A DNA stretch of 32,488 bases from the IMG/VR virus record IMGVR_UViG_3300049140_000190, positions 1 to 32,488 of that record; one strand, written 5' to 3'. Position numbers and translations under genes: made by a program. This stretch comes from a virus. Lineage: Duplodnaviria; Caudoviricetes. The notes below the pieces were generated by a model. It did no database searches, was not told the DNA's origin, and was given only the letters and a program-made list of their open reading frames with translations. Within the stretch, counting starts at the first letter, position 1. Each line of letters starts with the position of its first letter. Shown here piece by piece: positions 26,138-32,446 of this stretch.

Positions 26138-27847
26138 TCAGAAGGCGACAAGGCGGTTGGACCGCTTCCGACGTTTGGTAATTCCCGCGGCCACCGCATC
26201 CGCGCGGCATTCGTAAGCCAGGACTGCCGCCATTGCGGCGTCGATCTTCTTCGGGCTCTTCGGGTGTTCCTTGCCGATGCCCATGTGGTTGCGACCCATC
26301 GGCCGGCGCTTCGCGTTGAGGACGTGGCGGGTGAGCGTGGCACCCAGCTTGGAAAACTCCGCCTCGTCGTCCGCCTTAGCAGTGCCGGCGAAGGAGAGGG
26401 CCTTGTCGTCGACGGCCTCTACGAAGCGGTCTAGGGCGTGCTCCATGGCCGTCGGGCGGTTAGTCCACCACTCTAGGGGGCGCGACTGTACGGCGCTGAT
26501 CTGGAGCCCTTCGGCGTATTCCGACGTCCACTTGTCTACGTAGTCCTGCCAGTGCGGCGGGTCGCAGTAGAAGCCGCAGACCTCGTACACGTCGAAGGCG
26601 TTTGCGACGCGGTTATCCACCGCCTCACGGTCGACTTGCCAGCCTTCACCCTCAGCGCCTTCGGGCTTTTCCCAGACTCCCAGGAGCTGGAGGTGACCGT
26701 CAGAAACGCGACAGGCGACGAGCGCCGTGGCGTCGTCTCGGATGGACCCGTCGAAGCCGAGAGTGACGAGGTCACCAGGCTGGAGCGGCTCCGGCCGACG
26801 GCAGACTTCCCACGCGTCCGGCTCCATCCACGAGTCGCTGGAGGAAGTCCGGGAGTTGAGGAAGTATCGCTTGCCGTCAGCGGAGTCGTTACGCAGGTCG
26901 TAGAAGTCGTCGACGAGCGTCTCCAGGTCCATCCACTCCATGGCGTCGCCGTAGGAGTCGATGAGGGCCGCGCGGAGTTCCGCCTCGTCCTTCAGGTTCT
27001 TGCAGACGCCGTAGCGGTGGTCGTAGAGGAGACGAGCGCGACCGCGCTTCTTCTTCCCCTCGCGGATGGCCTCCGCTTCCTCGTAGGTGCGCTCAGCGAC
27101 GGAGTCTTGCCCCGGGGCGAACATCGTCGTGGTTTCGAGGTACCACGTACCGGCGCCCTTCTTCCTCTTGCGGAGGTTACGAGTAACCGTCGCATACATG
27201 CGGCGTAGTTCGGGGGTGTTGTAGAGGTGGGTCTCATCGAAACAGACCCATGTTTCCTTACCGCCGTCTTTCGAGGAGCTGGAGGCGGTCGACGGGGTGA
27301 TTTCCCCACCGTCGGGGAGGTTGATTTTGGTAAGTCCCGGGTCAACGCCCGGAATCTGCGACAGGGGCGACGCCTCGTCGGTCAGGTTGAAATGGATGGT
27401 GTCGTAGACGTTGCCGGTCTGGCCCTCTTCCGTCGCCATGATGCGGAGGTAAGGGACCTTGACCGGGCGGCCCATCGGCTCGCCAGGCTCGTAGACGTAC
27501 TCAAAGCCCAGGCCCCACGGGTCGCGGTAGACCTCCCCGCCCTCTGCCCAGCCGGCGAAGCGGGAGGGGCCGAAGGCTTCGAAGAGGCCGATGCGGGCGC
27601 CTAGGCCCGACTTGTCGCAGCCCTTCGGGCGGGAGAAGAAGGCGGAGTCGTAGAGCATCTTGCCGGCGTGGTCGTCGACCGCGTAGCAGTCCACGACGAA
27701 GCCTGTGTACTCGTCGCCGTGCCGTACCGGCTCGCCCTGGACGTCGCCAGGGCCGTGAACGACGAAGTACTCCATCCATGCGACCGCCATCCACCCGAGA
27801 GAGCGGGAGCGGTCGTGACCGGGGGCGCGCACGGTGACGTGCGGCAC
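26138..27847 (-). CDS. Terminase large subunit (569 aa)
   Basis: Walker A variant SRPKGCDKS, Walker B VCFDETH, nuclease GFDGS..DATA and KIDAAMA. Confidence 0.95.
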   Translation of the reverse strand: MPHVTVRAPGHDRSRSLGWMAVAWMEYFVVHGPGDVQGEPVRHGDEYTGFVVDCYAVDDHAGKMLYDSAFFSRPKGCDKSGLGARIGLFEAFGPSRFAGWAEGGEVYRDPWGLGFEYVYEPGEPMGRPVKVPYLRIMATEEGQTGNVYDTIHFNLTDEASPLSQIPGVDPGLTKINLPDGGEITPSTASSSSKDGGKETWVCFDETHLYNTPELRRMYATVTRNLRKRKKGAGTWYLETTTMFAPGQDSVAERTYEEAEAIREGKKKRGRARLLYDHRYGVCKNLKDEAELRAALIDSYGDAMEWMDLETLVDDFYDLRNDSADGKRYFLNSRTSSSDSWMEPDAWEVCRRPEPLQPGDLVTLGFDGSIRDDATALVACRVSDGHLQLLGVWEKPEGAEGEGWQVDREAVDNRVANAFDVYEVCGFYCDPPHWQDYVDKWTSEYAEGLQISAVQSRPLEWWTNRPTAMEHALDRFVEAVDDKALSFAGTAKADDEAEFSKLGATLTRHVLNAKRRPMGRNHMGIGKEHPKSPKKIDAAMAAVLAYECRADAVAAGITKRRKRSNRLVAF

Positions 27848-27857
27848 TCACGGTCTC

Positions 27858-28322
27858 CTAGCCTGTGAGACGCGCTCTGCGCGAGTTGATGTCAGTCACT
27901 CCGTCGGGGCGCTGTGCGGGCCTCTGAGGGCCGCTCGTGGGGTTGTCGACCTTGAGCTTCAGTCGGGCCCTGTCCTCCGGCGTAGCGCCGAATTTCGCGG
28001 CTCTGAGGCGTACTTCAGAAGCGAACTCCCATCGGCCCTTCGCCCACATCGTGTGGTGCATCAGGGCGGTGTCGATGAGGAAGTCCCAGTCGGTGTCAAC
28101 GAAGGTCTGAGCCATGGGCGACGTGCGCCAGGAGTTCCACCACGCAACGGTGCGCGGGTGCCACTCGACGATCTGTCCCGACTCCTCGTCAACGCCCAGG
28201 ACGCCGTCAGGGAGGTCGGGGCCGCGGAGTTCGTCGTCAGCGGTGATGACCGTCTCCGGCTCCGTGGCGTTGCGGCGCCGTCGCTTGGACGGGTCCTTGG
28301 GAGCGGGTCCGCGGCCGGCCAT
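27858..28322 (-). CDS. Terminase small subunit (154 aa)
   Basis: GRGPAPK..RRRRN, WW..WRTSP, ASEVRLRAAKFGATPEDRARL. Confidence 0.88.
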   Translation of the reverse strand: MAGRGPAPKDPSKRRRRNATEPETVITADDELRGPDLPDGVLGVDEESGQIVEWHPRTVAWWNSWRTSPMAQTFVDTDWDFLIDTALMHHTMWAKGRWEFASEVRLRAAKFGATPEDRARLKLKVDNPTSGPQRPAQRPDGVTDINSRRARLTG

Positions 28323-28582
28323 CAGCTCACCGCTTCGTACGTGGCCTCGAAGATGTCCGGCTTGCAGGGGTAGAACTCACCCTGGACACCCTTGATGATC
28401 CAATCCCCGTAGTCGCCTCGCATGACGCCTTCCAGGGTGTCAATCTCGATGCCGTACGGGTTGAAGGTGATGCCGTCACCGACGACTCGCCCACCGCACC
28501 ATCGGGCCACCTCGTCAGGTGTGTTGGGCTCTGCCATCAGCATGGCCTCAACCTCAACGGGCTTCTTACGGAAGCGGGGCAT
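28322..28582 (-). CDS. Conserved hypothetical phage protein (86 aa)
   Basis: RKKPVEVEA..TLEG..GDWIIKG..GEFYPCKPDIF motif of a widespread small phage family; GGAGG RBS. Confidence 0.85.
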   Translation of the reverse strand: MPRFRKKPVEVEAMLMAEPNTPDEVARWCGGRVVGDGITFNPYGIEIDTLEGVMRGDYGDWIIKGVQGEFYPCKPDIFEATYEAVS

Positions 28583-28629
28583 GGGATACCTCCCGGGTAA
28601 GGAACGGCCGTGCCGTCCCCTGTCGGGAG

Positions 28630-29232
28630 CTAGCGAGCCGTCAGCTTGGCAACCACCGCGGAGAGGTCCGCGAGGATGGACGGGGAGGAGCCGTGTCGGC
28701 GCCCCGTCATTGCGATGTACCGGCCGGTTCCGTAGATCTCCACGGCCGTACCGTCGGGACGTCGGATGCGCCGTCCCTGTCGGACGTAGGCGCGGCCCCA
28801 GATGTGCAGGCCATCACCGGACGGGGACACCTCTACGTAGGTGGCGCCCGCGTCGCGGAGGATGGCGGAGGCCCACGGGGCAAGCTGCCCGGTGAGCGGG
28901 TTCATGCAGTGGTCGAGGTCCAGGCACATGACGTCGTCCTCGTCGGAGAGGACGAAGCCCAGACCGACGCCGACCGTCGAGGCGGAGACGTCCTTGTACG
29001 TGCTCCACGTCCGCGGGTCCGTCGACGAGGCAGCCATGCCGGCGGCCGTCAGGGGGACCTTCTTCGCGTCGCGTCGGACCCACCTGTCGCGGGTCGTCAG
29101 CTCTCGCGGAGTCGCGTCGTTCTTCGCCGCGCGGTGCGCAGCAACACGGCAACGGGTGGAGCAAAAGCGTGCGCGGTGCGAGTGCCTCGCGCCCAGGTGC
29201 TCCGGGCACCACTCGCATTTCCGTGTGTTCAT
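28630..29232 (-). CDS. Stand-alone primase-polymerase (AEP-like) domain protein with N-terminal Zn finger (200 aa)
   Basis: KVPL..ASSTDPRTW, GLGFVL, CLDLDHC, YVEVSPSGDGLHIW, EIY..GRYIAMTG; N-terminal CEWC..RFCSTRC. Confidence 0.8.
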   Translation of the reverse strand: MNTRKCEWCPEHLGARHSHRARFCSTRCRVAAHRAAKNDATPRELTTRDRWVRRDAKKVPLTAAGMAASSTDPRTWSTYKDVSASTVGVGLGFVLSDEDDVMCLDLDHCMNPLTGQLAPWASAILRDAGATYVEVSPSGDGLHIWGRAYVRQGRRIRRPDGTAVEIYGTGRYIAMTGRRHGSSPSILADLSAVVAKLTAR

Positions 29233-29239
29233 GGGGCCC

Positions 29240-29269
29240 ATTCTAGTGCGGCCGGTAACGGTAAAACAA
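29240..29269 (-). promoter_or_regulatory. Housekeeping-sigma-like promoter for a leaderless primase-polymerase mRNA
   Basis: TTGTTT-N18-TAGAAT-N7-ATG on the minus strand; no SD before the ATG. Confidence 0.6.
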
Positions 29270-29433
29270 GGGTTGACCAGGGACTTTGTAAGCCACCTCG
29301 TGGGTGGATCGCTGTACGCCCGTCTGCCGTTTCGGAGGTCAGATCAGCCCGGAAGGCCGGCGTTCGGCCCTCCACGGGGCGCCTGTGGACGCCTCGCCCA
29401 CATCCCCCAGACCCGTACAGACCGCGACGCCCA

Positions 29434-29457
29434 GCACCTTAACGGCACGGAAGGTGC
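29434..29457. other. Candidate cos (terminase cleavage) site
   Basis: Dyad GCACCTT-N10-AAGGTGC in the non-coding gap between HNH and terminase genes; adjacent TGTACGGGT (29411-29419, minus strand). Confidence 0.45.
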
Positions 29458-29508
29458 CCCGGAGGGGGCATACCGGGTGGTATGTACGCCGCCGGGGCAC
29501 TCAAGCGA

Positions 29509-30303
29509 TCACGCAGCGACCACCAGTTCGGGCACGGGTTGATCATCGCGGGCGCCCTTGCGCGAGTTGCACAGGAAGTGTGCGCACTGCACGTTGGCCG
29601 GCTCGTGCGTCCCACCGTTGGCCAGTGAGATCACGTGGTCAACAACAGGTGCAAGCGGATGCGGAACGACCTCGTCACGCTCCACAGCACCTCCGCACAG
29701 ACCGCAGGTCCATCCGTCCCGCGCGTACACCATGGCAGGCGACACGTGGGCCACGTATGCATCACGTGCGCGCGCTCGTCGGGCTGCCTTGCCGTCAGCC
29801 TTCAGACACCGATGACTGCAATAGGCTGACGGCCTACGGTTGTCAGCCAGCACATACGGCGTGGCACACCGCCGGCACACGCCCGCTATCCACCTGCGCG
29901 GGTGAGCTACTGACTGTCGTGCAGGGTGCCGCTCCGGTATCTCACATGTACGGCCCCGTCGTGCGGGGTGCGTCTCTGGTATGGGGCTCTCCTTCACCCC
30001 ATCCTGCATGAGGACTCGGCATTCGGGCGAGCAGTACTTAGCATCCTTGCGCTGCGTCCTCCACGTCCGCCCACACGCGAGGCACTCGCGATCGACCTTG
30101 TACTTGTCGGCATTGGCCTTCTGGTACGCAGCGTTGTAGTCCTTCAGCTTGCGTCGCTGCTCCGCGAGCCGGCCGTCAGCCCTACGCCGCGCGGTGTACG
30201 CACGTTGCTCACACAGGGGCTCGCAGTACTTCCTCCTACGGGGCGCTTCAAACGCCTTCCCACAAGGCTCGTACTGGCACGCCAAAGCAAGGCTCTCCGC
30301 CAT
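29509..30303 (-). CDS. HNH endonuclease with three N-terminal Zn-finger repeats (264 aa)
   Basis: RDGWTCGLC..DHVISLANGGTH..NVQCAHFLCN; repeats CxxC..(K/A)YC(S/E)xxC. Confidence 0.88.
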   Translation of the reverse strand: MAESLALACQYEPCGKAFEAPRRRKYCEPLCEQRAYTARRRADGRLAEQRRKLKDYNAAYQKANADKYKVDRECLACGRTWRTQRKDAKYCSPECRVLMQDGVKESPIPETHPARRGRTCEIPERHPARQSVAHPRRWIAGVCRRCATPYVLADNRRPSAYCSHRCLKADGKAARRARARDAYVAHVSPAMVYARDGWTCGLCGGAVERDEVVPHPLAPVVDHVISLANGGTHEPANVQCAHFLCNSRKGARDDQPVPELVVAA

Positions 30304-30400
30304 GTCTGCTCCAAGGAATAGCGAGAGCCCCCAACGCCTTGGTTCGCTGGGGGCTCTCTTCCCGCGGGGATCAGCCGCGGGTGCCTATGGGGTTGTGGTG

Positions 30401-30655
30401 CTACTCGGCTGCGAAGCCGATGGGGTTGCGCACGCTGGGCTCGTCGTCCTCGCCCCTGATCTCCACAGAGGCGGGCCGGAGAACGAGCGTTACGGTCATC
30501 GACCGGATGTCTCCGTCGCCCATGTCGACCTTCGGAGGTCGCGCCATCGTCCCGACGTAGGTCCCGTTCACGCGGACCGCGGACACCAGAACTCCGTCAG
30601 CGGGGTCGTAGTCCGCGTCGATGATCTCGACTCGTGCTCCGCCAGAGCGGGCCAT
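30401..30655 (-). CDS. Hypothetical protein (84 aa)
   Basis: TGATG overlap with the upstream HNH gene; GGAGG RBS. Confidence 0.75.
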   Translation of the reverse strand: MARSGGARVEIIDADYDPADGVLVSAVRVNGTYVGTMARPPKVDMGDGDIRSMTVTLVLRPASVEIRGEDDEPSVRNPIGFAAE

Positions 30656-30957
30656 CAGTCCTCCAGCGCCGGGTGAGTTGGCTTCGGTCGGTTGATCGTC
30701 ACGCGCGTCAGTGCGGCGGCTCGCCCGCCTTCGCTACTGCTCTTCTTCTGGTGGTGCCACTTGCAGAGCAGCCGCAAGTTCTCTTCGCTGTGGTCGTCGC
30801 CCGGGATGATGTGGTCGACGTCAGTGCCTTCCGCGCTACACTTCGTGCCGTCGCTCATGGGCCAGACGCACGACTTGTCACGCCGGATGATGCGGCGTCG
30901 GATCTTCGGCCAGTCCTTCGGGAGACGCTCGCGCCGGGTGCTGCCTTCCCACGCCAT
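30655..30957 (-). CDS. Small HNH endonuclease (terminase-associated type, 100 aa)
   Basis: RRD..C..C..TDVDHI..NLRLLC..HH.KK; GGAGG RBS. Confidence 0.9.
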   Translation of the reverse strand: MAWEGSTRRERLPKDWPKIRRRIIRRDKSCVWPMSDGTKCSAEGTDVDHIIPGDDHSEENLRLLCKWHHQKKSSSEGGRAAALTRVTINRPKPTHPALED

Positions 30958-31042
30958 AGCGCCTCCGCTTCCTGCGCCCGTGCCTTACGCTGTGGGCTCC
31001 GTGCGGCCAGGGGAGGCCGCTAAGTTCATGGGGGGATGCGCT

Positions 31043-31669
31043 ATGCGCGCCTACATCCGCCGTGCCGTGGTGCCGGCCGTCGCTCTGTCCTTCGCCCTGG
31101 TGACGGGGTGCTCGTCCGATGACGGGGGCGGGGAGGCGACGTCGAAGCAAGAGCCAGCCGCGGAGGCTTCCGTCGAGCCGGCGGACGCGCCGTCATCGGA
31201 GCCGCCCTCTTCCGCCCCGGCCCCGGTCGTCAAGGTCGGTGAGACGAAGACGTGGGACTACGGCGAGACGGACGACTACGGCGAGAACTTCAAGGTCACG
31301 ACGAAGATGTCCGTCACGGTCGTCAGCGCGAAGTACGTGACGCCGGCTGAGATCGACACGACCAACAGGCCGGAGCAAGGTCAGTTCGTGGAGCTGACGC
31401 TGACGCTGAAGAACGTCGGCAAGGCTCCCGCGGACGTCATGCTCTACGGGATGCTGAAGTGGGAAGACGATCAGACGGCCGCGCAGGACGCCACGACGTT
31501 GGAGGGCGCCGGCGAAGGGCCGGAGCTGGACACGACGTACAAGCCGGGCCAGTCCGTCACGGGCAAGGTGGTGCTCGACGTCGCACGCAAGGGCGGGACA
31601 GTCAGCTACACCGGCACGGATGATCCCAACGCGGAGGCGGCTTTCGTCGTGGAGCTTCCGTCCTCCTGA
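31043..31669 (+). CDS. Lipoprotein with Ig-like (DUF4352-like) domain, 208 aa; candidate superinfection-exclusion or accessory protein
   Basis: Signal peptide with lipobox VTGC; Ser/Pro/Ala linker; GQFVELTLTLKNVG..PGQSVTGKVVLDV; only convincing plus-strand CDS. Confidence 0.85.
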   Translation: MRAYIRRAVVPAVALSFALVTGCSSDDGGGEATSKQEPAAEASVEPADAPSSEPPSSAPAPVVKVGETKTWDYGETDDYGENFKVTTKMSVTVVSAKYVTPAEIDTTNRPEQGQFVELTLTLKNVGKAPADVMLYGMLKWEDDQTAAQDATTLEGAGEGPELDTTYKPGQSVTGKVVLDVARKGGTVSYTGTDDPNAEAAFVVELPSS

Positions 31670-31678
31670 ACGTAGTCA

Positions 31679-31713
31679 GCCCCGCTCCCGGGAACTCTCC
31701 TCCGGGGCGGGGC
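31679..31713 (+). terminator. GC-rich hairpin after the lipoprotein gene
   Basis: GCCCCGC..GCGGGGC outer stem with additional inner pairing, about 10 nt after the stop. Confidence 0.6.
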
Positions 31714-31718
31714 GTGTC

Positions 31719-31727
31719 TGCTAGCGT
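31719..31727 (+). promoter_or_regulatory. Extended -10-like element (TG-C-TAGCGT) upstream of the mini-array
   Basis: TGnTAnnnT pattern ending 11 nt before repeat 1. Confidence 0.5.
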
Positions 31728-31738
31728 GGAACGCGCAA

Positions 31739-31871
31739 CATCTCCCCGCCGACGCGGGGGTGGCCCGGTTGATGGGCACGGAGGTTGTTCTCGAACCTCC
31801 TCTTCCCCGCCGATGCGGGGGTGTTCCTGCTTGGTACTCGAAGTGGTCCCCGCCGTTGCGGGGGATGGGGA
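31739..31871 (+). CRISPR. Cas-less type I-E-like CRISPR mini-array: 3 degenerate 29-bp repeats, spacers of 32 and 14 nt
   Basis: R1 31739-31767 CATCTCCCCGCCGACGCGGGGGTGGCCCG; R2 31800-31828 CTCTTCCCCGCCGATGCGGGGGTGTTCCT; R3 31843-31871 GTGGTCCCCGCCGTTGCGGGGGATGGGGA. Shared TCCCCGC-N4-GCGGGG hairpin plus 8-nt tail; 61-bp R1-R2 period. Confidence 0.82.
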
Positions 31872-31903
31872 GCGGCTCCGTCTGGGGCCGCTCTTCTCTG
31901 TGT
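31867..31903 (+). terminator. Terminator-like hairpin closing the mini-array (possibly bidirectional with the tRNA operon)
   Basis: GGGGAGCGGCTCC-GTCT-GGGGCCGCTCTTC followed by TCTGTGT. Confidence 0.65.
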
Positions 31904-31974
31904 CGGAACGGCAGGGATCGAACCTGCGTCCTCCCGCTCCCAAAGCGGGCGCCCGGCCTCTGGGCTACGTTCCG
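31903..31974 (-). tRNA. tRNA-Pro (anticodon TGG)
   Basis: CGGAACG/CGTTCCG-A acceptor; GCCC/GGGC D stem; CCCGC-TTTGGGA-GCGGG; GCAGG-TTCGATC-CCTGC; no encoded CCA. Confidence 0.92.
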
Positions 31975-32092
31975 TGGGCGGTGCCAGCCGGCGGCTCCCG
32001 AGTGGTGTTGGGACCGTTCACGGGCTCACGACTTGCGGACGATTTCAGAGGGCCACTCCCGCTCTGCGTCCTACGCCTCCGCCTGGCGCTCG

Positions 32093-32172
32093 TCCCTGGC
32101 CGTGGAATCGAACCACGCTAGCCGTCTCCAGCGCAGGCTTTACAGGCCCGCTTGCGTCCCAGCGCTCCAGGG
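32093..32172 (-). tRNA. Atypical tRNA-Tyr (anticodon GTA)
   Basis: CCCTGGA/GCCAGGG-A acceptor; loop CTGTAAA; long variable arm GCTG-GAGA-CGGC; CGTGG-TTCGATT-CCACG; weak D arm. Confidence 0.7.
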
Positions 32173-32177
32173 TTGCG

Positions 32178-32260
32178 CGGAAGGTGAGGGAGTCGAACCC
32201 CCAACGGCCGGAACCGCCACGCTTTTCGAGAGCGCGTGGCACGCCAGTGCCGGACCTTCC
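32178..32260 (-). tRNA. tRNA-Ser (anticodon CGA)
   Basis: GGAAGGT/ACCTTCC-G acceptor; loop CTCGAAA; long variable arm; GGGGG-TTCGACT-CCCTC. Confidence 0.85.
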
Positions 32261-32446
32261 TCGTCAGGGTCTTTGGTGAGGCAGGACCCGACGTCCCGGA
32301 GACTGCCTAGCCTCGCCAGTCCCGGGGGAGGGCGAGGAACAATGTGCTGTCCGGGTCCCGCCGTCGGACAGCATGGGTCGCGTCCGGCTCAGCCGGGGCC
32401 CACCTGCAAGGCGCGTGCTGATCAGTCACGCACGGGACGCCTCCTG

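Noticed and set aside
31679-31713. Possible fourth CRISPR repeat (CCCCGC...GCGGGG)
   Set aside because: The interior is far longer than the 4-nt loop and there is no 29-bp geometry. It is better explained as the lipoprotein terminator.
32261-32446. tmRNA, HDV-like or hammerhead ribozyme assignment
   Set aside because: No tRNA-like ends, tag reading frame or conserved catalytic core could be matched by eye. Kept only as an unassigned structured RNA.
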